64,000 nt of DNA from Eledone cirrhosa (GCA_964016885.1 OZ024741.1:305412001-305476000); one strand, 5' to 3'. Counted from the stretch's first letter, positions 1 through 12,845 are shown. Translations and numbers: made by a program. The notes: generated from the letters alone by a model not told the origin.

Positions 1-3000
1 TGTCTTCGTGTCTTTTAACCACCCGGCTAGGTCTGTAGACGGGTGGTTATCGTATTTTTACCCCTTTTGGAGGTAAAAACTACTCCCAAAAATTTTTGCT
101 GACTCACATGGTAAAAAATTGACGCCATGTCTGTAGCACGTGTGAACGAAAACGCCACGCTCACTAAGGAAGAAGAGAGAAAGAAGCAAGTGGTACAAAG
201 CGTTTTGCTTTCCCGCGTCAACATTTTAAAAGACTTTGTAAAAGGCGATATGCCGGACAAACAAGTAAATACGGGTGCAAACCCAATTAATTACAACGAA
301 AACACTAACAATGACAAAACCAACACACCAAATGAGAAAGACAACAACAACAAAAATGAAAATTACTCAAACTACGAGAAACAGAACAACTCAAACACCA
401 ACAACGAAAACAAAATATCTTTTGCACAGACTGCTAAAATATCAGTCACCTATGTGCTTGAGGATATAACAAATGCAAAAGAAATGCTTGAAAAAGCAAA
501 AGAATATGTATCTTTTGGCGAAAATGGATCTTTTTCCATCAATTCGCTCCCAGAACTAAAAAAACAGACGGAATTACGAACTGTTGTATTGCCAACAAAA
601 CAAGAAAACCAGCACAACCATCTCAAGCTGAAATTCAGTTGGTCCTGAAAGAGGCTATGAAAGACATCATTTTCATACAAAAGGATAAACTCTATGGGAG
701 TTTATCCATATTGATGAAAGACGAATTGGCGGCGAAAAAATACTCTGTGTCGCCAATTCGTTCCACACATTACATCTTTTTTCCAACCTACATGGGTAAA
801 AAAAGCCAAAGAATTTGGATAACCACCATCACCCCAAACATAAACTACTGGTGGTTACTAACCGGTTTCCTCAACTTGGACGAGGACAACCTTATATCAA
901 TAGGGAAGGCATCTGGCGACGCATTCAGTGGAACGAGCATTGAAGTTCTGACCCAAATAAGGCCAGAACGTATCGCCCAAATCCCTGAACGCGTCATGCT
1001 GGATGACCGTACCCACCTCAACATTATTGTGGAGGGTAGGCATCCCTCCTGTTACCTGTGGCAACAGAGGTCACCTGAGGGCTGCCTTTCCCCAGCTCAC
1101 CGTAAAAACCATTGCTACCAACACCCCAACAACAACATCAAAAACAGCCAACACCACCACCACCCCAACAACAACAACAACCACAACAACAACAACAAAA
1201 ACCAACAACACCACCACCACGATAACAACAAACTTGTGAAAAAACAACACAGAACACTGTCCCACTCAACCCCTCCCCACCCAAAACAAATACAAAAACA
1301 CACACACCGCAAACACTACCAGAAAATATACCCCTCCCACCCAACAAGGAAGACGAACCCCTTTCGTCGCAAGACGAAAAAGATCCCTTCCAAATAGTAA
1401 AAAGAAAGAAGAGGAGGCGCACCACAGACACACTTATTAACATAAACCCTCCCCAAGAGAAAACAAACTATATACATGGAGGCACATGGCTTAGTGGTTA
1501 GAGCATTGGCCTTGCAATCGAAAGGTTGTAAGTTCAATTCTCAGACCGGGTGATATGTTGTTTCCTTGAGCAAGACACTTTATTTCATGTTGCTCCAGTT
1601 TACTCAGCTGTAGAAATGAGATGATAGGGACTGGGGTCCCTATCATTCCACTGCAAAGTGGTCGTGGAGGTGCCACGGCAAAAAAGCACCCAGCACTCAC
1701 TGTAAATGAGGTTGGTGTTAGGAAGGGCATCCAGCTGTAGAAATCAAGCCAGAATCAGTTCCCGTCCCACCCTTGCAAGCAGGGAAAAGTGGACGTAAAA
1801 TGAAATGATGATGATGATACAAACCACCCCTCTTCGTGACACATCACTAACTGCAATGCAAAAAAAGACTTTACAATATACATACATGAACACAAACAAC
1901 AAAGAACTAATGAACACAATTTCGTCAAACCCTTCAGTCCAAACTGAAGGGCCTAACTTTCTAACTGCTGTGAGACTACCTCATTTACAAATGATTAAAG
2001 TCCCAATGAACTTATACAAAACGTTGAAAATAAATTTCATGGAGGACATGGGCTCCCCCCTGCACGAAGCCAATCAACCGCGTCCTCCTAAAAAATTTCC
2101 CCACCTCCTACCCAGACACCCACTCAACTACAAACACCGCAACCCCACAACACACTGATGCCCCTACACTTCCACAAACCACCACCACACCCAACAACCC
2201 ATCCCAAACCTCATGGAAATTGAGCGGCCCGCTCCCCGGGACGCAGAGAGGTAAGTGCCTTTTCTCCTTACCACCAACATGGCTGTGCTAAGAGTAGGGT
2301 GTCTAAATGTGCGTGGCCTGGGCTCACTTTGGAAGCAAGCAATGCTTCTAAATGACCTCAGGTCACGATCTATAAATGTGATGGTTATCTGCGAGGCCCG
2401 GATCAGCAGCGTGCGACAGCTAGCCCCCACCTTTGATGACTTTGAGATGCATGCATCTCTCTGTCAGCCCGGAGATGGGGGTGGGGTTGTTGTTCTGCTG
2501 CAAAAACATCTGGGTCTCGCCACACAGATAGTTCACTTGGACCCAGGGGGTCGACTGGTGGTGCTGGACCTTGGCAGTGGTGAAGGTGGAGCCTTTAGGC
2601 TGGTAGCCGCATATGCCCCTTTTGGGACAGAGCGGCCCGACTTCTTCCAACGTCTGGAGTCTTTTCTAGGGACGTCCCGTTCCCTGCTTTTAGTGGGGGA
2701 CTGGAATGGTATTCTGGATGCACGTTGGGACTATGCAGGGGCATGTCCCGATAGCGAGGGGTGCAACAGCCTCAAGGGGTTACTCGGCCGATTTGACCTG
2801 GCCGATAGATTTCGACTAGATTTTCCGACAGTGCCAACCTGGTCTTGGACAAATCGCAGTGGTCAATCTAGATCGTACCTAGGTTCTTAGTTAGAAATAA
2901 GGACAGGGACTTTTTAAGTTGGGCCCGCGTGACAGAAGCCAAGAGTGGAACTAAATCCACCATCCAGTCTTTGCGAGACCAGGATGGACGGGTGATCCTT

Positions 3001-3900
3001 GAACCTAAGCAGATGTGTGAGGCCTTTCAAAGGCACTTTGCCGGATTGTTCGGAAGGGGCGGGGAGCCGGTTGGGGAAGTGGACTTCGGTCCATACCTCG
3101 ACGGCCTGCCGCGTCTTTCGGACGAGGAGGCGAAGTCCTGCGAGGAGCCGATTTCAGCCGCTGAGATAGAGGACGTGCTGAGCCAATGCGGCAAACGCAA
3201 ATCCCCGAGTCTCGATGGTCTTCCATACGAACTATATCTAGCTATGCCGGACTTGTTCCCCGATCTCCTCGAGGCGGTCTACTGCAACTGGCAACAGAAC
3301 GGGAGAATTCCCTGTTCTGTGACCAAAGGCGTAGTCACACTAGTGAGGAAGGACGAGAACAAGGGGGACGAAATAAGTAACTTCAGGCCCATAACTCTGC
3401 TAAATACAGAGTTACAGATTTTGGCCAAGGTGCTAGCAAAGAGGTTGGCGCTTGTCGTGGGCAACTTGGTGGGAGATGCGCAGACATGTGCTATCACGTC
3501 CAGGTCCATCCATGACAACCTCCACCTCATGCGATACATCATAGAGAGGTTTGGGAACGAATCCGGCTTTGGTGGGGCCCTGATCAACTTGGATCAATCT
3601 AAGGCTTCGATAGGGTCGACCATGGTTACCTGGATGCGGTGCTAGCAGCGGCAGGCTTCGGACCCGTTTTCAGGGGCTGGATCACTGCTATGCACAGCAG
3701 CCGCATCTGCTCTAGAGTCAAGGTGAACGGCTAGCTCTCGGAGCCGTTCGAAATCGCGCGGTCCATTCGACAAGTATCCTCCCTTCTGTATGTATTGACT
3801 CTCGAACCACTACTGCGGAAGTTGGAGTTGTTGCAGGGCATCCCTTTGGAACCGGGATTGCGGAAAGCGGTGTCGGCCTACGCCGATGACGTGACAATAA
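1..3900 (+). mobile_element. Degenerate Tx1/L1-clade LINE (frameshifted ORF1 from 127 to about 2254; ORF2 relic 2279-3897; 3' end lost)
   Basis: ORF1 pieces (FFPTYMGKK..RIWI, HLNIIVEGRHPSCYL) align by eye to ORF1 at 40643 (MYPSHMGKRIARVRI, LHIMTEGKRPHCFLC). ORF2 has APE motifs (VGCLNVRGL, ICEAR, AYAP, VGDWNG) and RT motifs (NFRPITLLN, LDQSKA, YADD near 3880). It has an internal deletion near 2920, stops and frameshifts. Confidence 0.9.
1476..1819 (+). mobile_element. tRNA-derived SINE with CORE-like central domain and RTE-derived 3' tail, inserted in Tx1 ORF1
   Basis: A-box-like tggcttagtgg and B-box-like gttcaattc; ccttgagcaagacact...cagtttactcagctgtagaaatg core; tail nearly identical to RTE 3' UTR at 31080-31350; ends in (GAT)n; second copy at 20457. 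Confidence 0.85.
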
Positions 3901-4214
3901 TCCACTTTTTAACAATTTTATACTTTATTGCACTTTTATAATTTTCTTTAGGTATTACTCTTTATTTTATAATTTTAATTTAACCTGAAACATATATAAA
4001 AAAATCATTTAACATAAGCAAATTAAACTTACATACAACGTAAAATCCAGCATACAAATAATTCTAGTGAATAGCTTAGAATTTTTACAAACCCAAACTT
4101 TTAACTGTTTAATAGCACTTTTTTTATTTATTTGGGACCTAAGCAACACAAAAAAAGTGATTACAAGCCAGGAACAGAGAAAAATTTTTTTTTTGATACA
4201 CGGTGTAATAGGAC

Positions 4215-4397
4215 CAACCAGTTCCACACTGTAAATGTGATTGGTGTTAGGAAGGGCATCCAGCTGTAACAGTCCCTGCCAAAATACAGTTCCGTTTGAG
4301 CAAGGTAAGGCGTGGCCAGCTGGCCAGACTTGTCTCATTACGTGGATGACCCGTCTAACTCATGCAAGCATGGAAAAATAGACATTAAACGGTGATG

Positions 4398-4446
<49 letters not shown>
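4215..4446 (+). repeat. RTE-type 3' tail fragment followed by (TA)n microsatellite (4400-4446)
   Basis: ttggtgttaggaagggcatccagctgta...catgcaagcatggaaaa...gacattaaacggtgatgat, then (TA)n. Confidence 0.75.
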
Positions 4447-4451
<5 letters not shown>

Positions 4452-4549
4452 GCAATTTACAGCTCACACCAATGAAAGTTTAGTTAGCCTCCTATGATAT
4501 ACAATTTTATTGGAAGTTTCTTGGGTGTTTTAATGATAGGGGGTTTTCA

Positions 4550-5884
4550 TTGTGTTGATTTGAACTAATTGCAGCAAGAAGTATTTTTCTGCGATATACG
4601 TATGACCATGTCAACACTGCTACTTGGAGTTGTTTACCGTCCCCCAAATTACCATCAGGACACTCAACTTTGTGATATCCTCAGAGCTGCTGCCAGGAAA
4701 ACAGCCACTTATGCTTTTATTGCAGGGGATTTCAATCACCCTGAGATTGACTGAGAAACCTTTTGTTGGCCGCAAAGTGCAAATGATTTCCTTGAGCTAG
4801 TGCTGGACTCGAACTGGTCCCAAGTAATCACCGCCCCAACAAGAGGTGACAACACTTTGGATCTACTCTTCACCACTACTCCTGAAACGGTTATTAGTGT
4901 TACTACTGAGGAACCTTTAGGTGACTCTGATCATGCTATGATCATTGCCAATCTGTCTCTCATGGGCAGTAACAAAAACCACAACCATCTCCAAACTGCT
5001 CACTTTGACTGGAATAAAGCAGACTGGAACTGTTACTGCATCGAGCTGCAATGTCCAAACTGGCTTGAATTTTACGACTCTGGAGATGTCAACATTGTAC
5101 TCCAGAACATCCTGAACTCAATATGGACAGCATGTGCAGCATTGGTGCCACGTAAGCAGAAAAGACATCCCAAAAGTGCAATTTGGGAGTCTGCAGCAGT
5201 CCGACTTGCCAGGAAAGAACATTGTAATGCTGAACGTGAATACAAACTGCATAAATCAGACATCAATAGGAAAAAGCGAAATAAATCATCCAACCATCTC
5301 AAGCAGGTGACAAAAAAGGCAGTGCTTGAATTTGAGCAGCACATAGCAACCAACCCTGACAGTAAGGTGTTCTGGAAGTATGTTCACTCAAAGCAGAGGC
5401 CTCACTCTACAGTTGGTCCTCTTTGCAATCCCCACACTAGCTAGGTTACTGATGACCCCAAGGAATGCGCAGAACTCATTGCTGAATGCTATGCAGGCAT
5501 TTTCACTGTTGAAGACCAGAGTGTACCATCTCCACCACCTATGACACCGGACTCTATTACAACTATGGAATTTACACCTGCAATGCTGCGACGTCACCTT
5601 AAAAATAAACGTAACCATGCCTCTCCTGGTCTTGATGGTGTTACGTATCTGCTTCTCAAACGTGGTGGGTATCTTCTTCTGCACCAGCTATCATGCTTCT
5701 TACAATTCTGTCTGAACAACGGTGTTACTCCAGAACAGTGGAAAACTGCCAATGTCATTCCTCTGTTCAAAAAGGGTGACCGCACATCACCTGTGAACTA
5801 TCGTCCAGTCAGTCTTACTAGCTGCATTGCCAAACTAATGGAATCCTGTGTCAGAGAAACACTTTGGAACTTCTGGAACTCTCA
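4550..5884 (+). mobile_element. CR1-like LINE ORF2 fragment (end of APE domain to start of RT)
   Basis: Closely similar to 37620-38943 (GVVYRPP, IAGDFNHP, LDLLFT, LGDSDH, NYRPVSLTS); contains in-frame stops. Confidence 0.9.
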
Positions 5885-8640
5885 TTCAGCTATAAGTGCA
5901 AGGTCATCTGTATACAGGAGTTCCCATGGGCATCCGGTCTTAAACTCCTCCGTTATTGCCTGCAAAACTATGATGAACAGGAGAGGGCTAAGAACAGAGC
6001 CCTGGTGGACACCGACCTGTATGCTAAATTCCTCGCTATAGTCATTGCTAATCCTAACTTTGCTGACTGCTCCCGCATACATGGCTTGTACAGCTTTCAC
6101 AAGCCATTCATCTACTCTTAGTTTTCTAAGAGACCACCAGATTATAGCACGGGGAACTTTGTCAAAGGCTTTCTCGAGATCGACGATGCTAGGTAGAGCA
6201 GCTTACTTTTAGCTAGGTACTTTTCCTGTAACTGCCTTACAAGGAAGAGGGCATCAGTGGTGCCTTTTCCTGGCACAAACCCAAATTGCATCTCATCTAG
6301 TTTCACCCGGTCCCTAATCAACTGTGCTATAACTCTTTCTGTTACTTTTGTGACCTGGTCCATCAGCTTTATACCTCTATAGTTTCCTCTATCTAGTGCA
6401 TCACTTTTACCCTTGTAACAGTTGACAATGATGCTGCTGCACCAATCCTTTGGTATGACACCTAGTATTACCTGGTTAACAATACGTGTGGTTTTGGTGT
6501 GACCTACCTACCCAGATGCCTTCAGCATCTCGGCAGCTATACCCAATGGACTGATTGCCTTCCCTGTCTTCATATCTTTGATTGCCTTACTTACTACGCT
6601 GCCGCTGACTTGTACTGCTGGTCCCTCTATAGGGTCTACTTCGGGTAGGGTCTCTTCTTCCCATGCATTCTCCTCATTTAGTAATCTATCATAATGGCTC
6701 TTCTACGCATCTTTCTTCTCAGCACTTGTGAGGGCAAGCTCACCTTTATCATTCCGGATACACTTCTCTCCAATAACATCACAATTCTCTCTGACATACT
6801 GCCTCGCAATCTTGAACACCTCCTGTTTCTGGACCTCACGTTGCAAGACATGCTTGAATTTTCTATCCTCTGCTTCCCTTCTAGCTAAGTATACTTGTCG
6901 CCTAGCTTCCCTCCTGGTCTCTATGTAATGTAGCCTGCTTCACCCCCGTTCTTCCATTCTTTCAATGCCTGTCTCTTAGCCTTAACTGCCTCATCTATCT
7001 TATTGTTCCACCACCAAGTCACTCTCCTAAGCCTGTGGTCTTACTCCAACCACAGATCTCATCCGTCACCTTTAGTAAGTTATTTTTTAGGAACTCCCAG
7101 TGTTCTTCTACATTGAATGTCTCTATCTGTTCTTCTTTATTGTCATAGGCGTCGAGTAAAATATCTTTAAATCTGTTACTGGCTGAGGGGTCTTTCAGCT
7201 TGCAGATCTTTCTTCTCCAGGTTGTCTTCTGTTTCCAAGTTTGTCTAATTTTGACAATAAGGTCGCTGACAACTGAGTTATGTTGGGAGGTACATTCCTC
7301 ACCTGGGAAGTCTTTTGTGTTTACGACCATCCATCTGTCACGTCCTCTGATGAGGATAAAATCTATCTGACTAGAATGCTCCCCTGATCTATAGGTGATC
7401 AGGTGGTTGTTGGGTTTTTTGAAGTTTGTGTTACATATCGACATGTCATTGGCGTTGCAGAATTCTAGAAGCCTGAAGCCTTCTTCATTTCTTGTGCTAA
7501 ACCCGTGGCCTCCATGGACATAGAAGCTGTCACGGTGTTTACCTACGTGTCCATTAAAATCTCCTGCAATGATTAGGATGTCATTGTCATTTGTTAGAGC
7601 AGTAGTGTGCATTAGGGACTCGTAAAACCTATCCTTAATTTCGTCTGCCAACCCCGATTGTGGTGCGTAAGCTGATATTATTGTGGTAATTGTTTTATTC
7701 AGGACTAGTCTGAGTTTAATGATTCTTGCATTCACCCTGTTCACTGAGATTACCTTATCTACCCATTTGTCAACTAGTAGGATACCTACACGACCCATCC
7801 CATTGTCATTTCCCACCCAGAAAAATTTGTACCACTGACTTTTGCCTACAAGGACTCTAGTGGACTCTCCTCTCCATCTAGTCTCTTGCACACAGCATAC
7901 ATCAATTTCCTTTCGCTCTAGCATCTCTACAATTTCTCCTGTTCTTCCTTTCATTGTGCTTACATTGATGGTTCCAACTCGAAGTTTGGGCATTTGTCAA
8001 CATTCGTGGGAAAGGGTTGATTTCTGCAGGGGGCTGTGTATGCTTCCTGTCTCTGAATTAAAGCTTCGCATGGGTGCTTGGTAACTCGTGGATTCATGTT
8101 CATTTATTTATCAATTCGGGGTTGCTCCATTTATCTTCAGCTCATCCATACATAACGGTAAGAGAATTCAGGGCTAGAAGGACAGTAGTGGTAATAATGG
8201 CAGGGTGAGAAGAAAGGTAGCAGTAGTAGTAGTAGTAGTAGTAGTAATGGCAGAGTTTGTTGGGGTTGGTAATGAGTGGGTGGGGGGGGGGGGACATGTT
8301 GCTGAGGTTTGATTGGTCGAACAGGCTATGGTGGTGTGAGGGAGTGGGAAGGAGGGAAATTGTGAGATAGGTAGCCATCATGGCTTATAGCATCTCAGGA
8401 GATTTGGGTGAAATAGTTTGATACAAGCGAATATGTTAGGATTTCGAAGAAGAAGTTCATCGTAAACCTTGAAAAGAGAGAGGAAGGGAGGGAAGGGAAT
8501 AGGTGACTTCGTAGAGTCATAATAGCCAACATGGGAAAACAAGGGTAAAGAATAAATATGTGTTGTGAAGGCCAGTGAAATGATAAATAACAACAACAAT
8601 AATAATAACAATAGTGTGAGCGGAACATTTGCAATTGAGG
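5885..8640 (-). mobile_element. RTE-clade LINE 5' portion (5' UTR, APE ORF 7993-7019, partial RT), truncated just after the RT catalytic motif
   Basis: APE motifs RVGTINV, CVQETRW, SAYAPQ, AGDFNGHVG, SQIDFIL; RT motifs QFGFVPG, GVHQGSVLSPLLF, LYTDD; frameshifted; upstream boundary approximate. Confidence 0.9.
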
Positions 8641-8783
8641 AAGAGAGATACCTGAAGAATGTATGGATGGATGGATGGAATATGGTTTAGCAGTTTGTTC
8701 TACTGATTCATGTTCGCCATTCAGAATCGAGTGTGTCTGATCTCATGAAAAACCTCGAGTTGAATGAAGATATATATATATAT

Positions 8784-8972
8784 ATAGGAAAGTGTATGAC
8801 CCCGACGGCAGAGCTCAAGCCATTTCGATGGCTATTTCTGGAAACAGCTGTCGAAATAGCTTGAGCTCTGCCGTCGGGGTCATACATTTTCCTATTAACC
8901 ACTCTACTACCCTAAGTATTGAGTACTCTGGTGCGTTATGGTCCATCTGGTTCCTTACCACAACTCCTTCGG
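8784..8972. repeat. (TA)n-flanked repeat containing a 112-bp palindrome (8784-8895)
   Basis: ataggaaagtgtatgaccccgacggcagagctcaagccatttcga pairs with tcgaaatagcttgagctctgccgtcggggtcatacattttcctat; single-arm relative at 58622-58740. Confidence 0.85.
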
Positions 8973-8983
8973 TATATATATAT

Positions 8984-10306
8984 ATGGATGAACTAGAGAA
9001 GAAATTCCAAACATGGAAGCATGGCCTAGAATCAAAAGGCCTTAAAATTAACTTGTCTAAGACTAAAGTTCTAATATGTAGGAAGGAGAATAGGGCACTG
9101 GTCCCATCTGGGAAATGGCCATGCTCAGTGTGTAGGAAAGGAGTAGACAGAAACTCAATTTTATGTCCCAAATGCAAAGTATGGGTACATAAAAGATGTA
9201 GTGGGATCACAGGTAAGCTAACTAAGAATATAAATTTTATATGTGGCCGGTGCTCTGGTGCAATAAGTAGCAGCAAATGCCCACAGAATACTAGCTCATT
9301 CCATTGCCCAGATGGTTCTATAGAAATAGTGGACACCTTCCGCTACCTGGGTGACAAAATCAGCAGTGGTGGAGGGTGCTCTGAAAGTACAGTAGCTAGA
9401 GTCAGAACGGGATGGAAAAAGTTCAGAGAGCTTATACCACTATTGGCCGCTAAAGGTTTCTCTCTAAAAATGAAAGGCAGGCTGTATGATGCCTGCATAC
9501 GAACAGCAATGTTACATGGCAGTGAGACATGGGCCTTGTGTGCAGAGGATCTACGCAGACTGGAGAGGAACGAAGCTTGCATGCTCTGTTGGATGTGTAA
9601 TAGTAATATACGTGAACGGCAAAGCATAAATGAACTAAGTGAGAAATTAGGAATAAGAGGGATCAGATGCTGTTTACTCGAGAGAAGACTACGTTGGTAT
9701 GGTCACGTGATGCGCATGGAAGACGACAGCTGTATAAAAAAGTGCAGGGCGATCAAAATAGACGGTAGCTACAGAGTAGGCAGACCCAGAAAAACCTGGG
9801 ACGACTTGATAAATTCCAACCTCACACACTTACACCTCTCCAAGACAATGTCACTGGACCGAGATCTTTGGTGCTACGCAGTAATACAGAAGACCCGCCT
9901 TGCCTAAGTACAAAGCGAAACCTACAGTCAGTAGGCACCTCTTAACCAAAATACATCCCCGTCCCACTAACCTACCCCCACGCCATCTACTCCACCCCTT
10001 TCGATGTAAAGCTATGTTGGTACCACAACATCCAGTCCGTAATAAATGAGGTCGTGTAGGTGTCACGACAAAAAAACACACAGTCCACGCTGTTATGTGG
10101 CCGTGTAGGTAACACGGTAAAAACCTCCCAGTCGACACTGTAAACGTGGTTGGTGTTAGGAAGGGCATCCAGCCGTAGAAAACCCGCCAGACAGTCCTGA
10201 GCAAGACAACCAATCTTGCCTCAAATGGGACAATTCTCGTCCAGACCCATGCTAGCGTGGAAGATAGACATTAAACGATGATGAGGATGATGATGATGAT
10301 AATGAT
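8984..10306 (+). mobile_element. 5'-truncated RTE LINE (RT C-terminus with PHD insert, 3' UTR, (GAT)n tail)
   Basis: GLKINLSKTKV, FRYLG, LHGSETW, RRLRWYGHVMRM, GRPRKTW; stop at 9907; (TA)n on both sides. Confidence 0.92.
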
Positions 10307-10327
10307 ATATATATATATATATATATA

Positions 10328-10663
10328 CCACCACCACCCCCACCCCATCCACACCACCCCGTTCTATGTAAAGTTATGTTGGTGCCGCGCCATAGGCCGA
10401 AACAAATGAGATCGTGTAGGTGTCACGACAAAAAAACACACAGTCCACGCTGTAATGTGGCCGTGTAGGCAACACGGTAAAAACCTCCCAGACCCACACT
10501 GTAAATGTGGTTGGTGTTAGGAAGGGCATCCAACTGTAGAAAACCTGCCAGACAGTCCTATGCGAGCAAGACAATCACTCTTGCCTCAAGTGGGACTACC
10601 CCCGTCCAAACCCATGCAAGCGTGGAACACGGACGTTAAACGTTGATGATGATGATGATGATG

Positions 10664-10666
<3 letters not shown>
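10328..10666 (+). mobile_element. RTE 3' UTR-only copy
   Basis: Matches 3' UTRs at 9960-10306 and 11920-12248; (GAT)n tail; (TA)n on both sides. Confidence 0.85.
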
Positions 10667-10707
<41 letters not shown>

Positions 10708-12248
10708 TAGGTGTTGATGAATGGCTTGTGAGAGCTATACAAGCCATGTATAAAGAAACAGTCAGCAAGGTTAGAATTAACAACGAATATAGTGAAGAGT
10801 TTAGTGTAAAAGTTGGTGTTCATCAGGGCTCTGTTCTTAGCCCCCTACTATTTATTATTGCCCTCCAGGCTATAACAGTGGAGTTCAAGACCGGCTGCCC
10901 ATGGGAACTCCTATACGCAGATGATCTAACGCTCATAGCTGAAACAATGGCCGAGCTAGAGAAGAAATTCCAAACATGGAAGCACGGCCTAGAATCAAAA
11001 GGCCTTAAAATTAACCTGGCTAAGACTAAAGTTCTAGTTTGTAAGAAAGAAAATAAGGCGGCGGTCCCCTCCGGGAAGTGGCCATGCTCAGAGTGTAGGA
11101 AAGGCGTAGGTAGAAACTCCATTTTGTGTCCCAAATGCAAAGTTTGGGTGCATAAAAGATGTAGTGGGATCACAGGTAAGCTAACTAAGAACATAGATTT
11201 TACATGTGGCCGGTGTTCTGGGGCAATAAGTAGCAGCAAGTGCCCACAAAATACTAGCTCTTTCAACTGCGCAGAGGGTTCTATAGAAATAGTGAACAGC
11301 TTCCGTTACCTGGGTGACAAAATCAGCAGTGGGGGAGGGTGCTCTGAAAGTACAGTAGCTAGAGTCAGAACTGGGTGGAAAAAGTTCAGAGAGCTTATAC
11401 CACTATTAGTCGCTAAAGGGTTCTCCCTAAAAATGAAAGGCAGGTTGTACGATGCCTGCATACGAACAGCAATGTTACACGGCAGTGAGACCTGGGCACT
11501 GTGTGCAGAGGATATACGCAGACTAGAGAGAAACGAAGCTTGCATGCTCCGCTGGATGTGTAATAGTAATATACGTGAACGGCAAAGCATAAACGAACTA
11601 AGGAAAAAATTAGAAATAAGAGGAATCAGATGTTGTTTACTCGAGAGAAGGCTACGTTGGTATGGTCACGTGATGCGCATGAAGGACGATAGCTGTATAA
11701 CAAAGTGCAGGGCAATAAAGATAGACGGTAGCCACGGAATAGGCAGACCCAGAAAAACCTGGGACGAGCTGATAAATTCCGACCTCACACACTTACACCT
11801 CACCAAGACAATGTCACTGGACCGAGACCTTTGGCGGTACTCAGTAATAGAGAAGACCCGCCTTACCTAAATACAAAGTAAAACCTACTACAGTCAGTAG
11901 GCATCTCTAACAAAATACCCCCCCCCCCCCCCATCCACACCGCCCCTTTCAATGTAAAGTTATGTTGGTGCTACAACATCCAGGCCGAAACAAATGAGAT
12001 CGTGTAGGTGTCACGTAAAAAAAACACACAGTTCACGCTGTAATGTGGCCGTGTAGGCAACATGGTAAAAACCTCCCAGCCCCACACTGTAAATGTGGTT
12101 GGTGTTAGGAAGGGCATCCAGCTGTAGAAAACCCGCCAGATAGTCCTATGCGAGCAAGATAACCACTCTTGCCTCAAGTGGGAAAACCCTCCGTCCAAAC
12201 CCATGCAAGCATGGAACACAGACGTTAAACGATGATGATGATGATGAT
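10708..12248 (+). mobile_element. 5'-truncated RTE LINE with open RT ORF (10728-11870)
   Basis: GVHQGSVLSPLLF, LYADD, PHD insert, RRLRWYGHVMRM; nearly identical to 62600-64000; (TA)n on both sides. Confidence 0.93.
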
Positions 12249-12264
12249 ATATATATATTATAGA

Positions 12265-12845
12265 TATATATATATAAAACTGAGGATGTCTGTCTGTGTG
12301 TGTGTGAGTTTGAATCCCTAAAACTTGAGAAGCACCCAACCGACTGTTTTCAAACTTTACACATGTAATACTTATGTTTCAGGGAGTGTTCTGAGCAAAA
12401 AATATTTCAAATTTTCAATGCCCTAGGGACCACATTAGGCGATTTAGTGATCTCTCTCTATAATTCTTAGTCTTTCTCTTTTTAGATAGATACATACATA
12501 TAACGTCGCACCCTTATAATATCTGTCTGTATGTCTGGATGTCTGCATTACGTCACTTCCTACAATTCGACACACTCTTATAATATCTGTCTGTATGTCT
12601 GGCTGTCTGCTACTTCCGGTTATTCTGCCACCCTTGCTCAAGACAAATCTTACGCTCATTCCCCAAACAGTTGGTAAGTGCACACAACTTCTTCCTCACG
12701 TTTTAAGCCACAGTGTTGCTTACTTACGTACCACCAGACCCTTACTTCTTTGCCAGCCGTGGTTGTGGCAATACTAAGCTTAGCTAAGGCGGTTATATAT
12801 ATTTCACAATACCTTATCCCGTGCAACGCCGGGTACCACTGCTAG
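12265..12845 (+). mobile_element. Non-autonomous Helitron-like element
   Basis: 5' tatatataaaac...tgtctgtctgtgtg start; subterminal hairpin cccgtgcaacgccggg (12818-12833); 3' CTAG at 12842-12845 followed by T. Confidence 0.65.

Noticed and set aside
1476-1555. tRNA gene (also near 20457)
   Set aside because: A and B boxes are present but run into SINE core and LINE tail; this is a SINE head.
8792-9907. 371-aa ORF as a novel chimeric protein
   Set aside because: Chance read-through from the palindromic repeat across (TA)n into a truncated RTE; starts at GTG.
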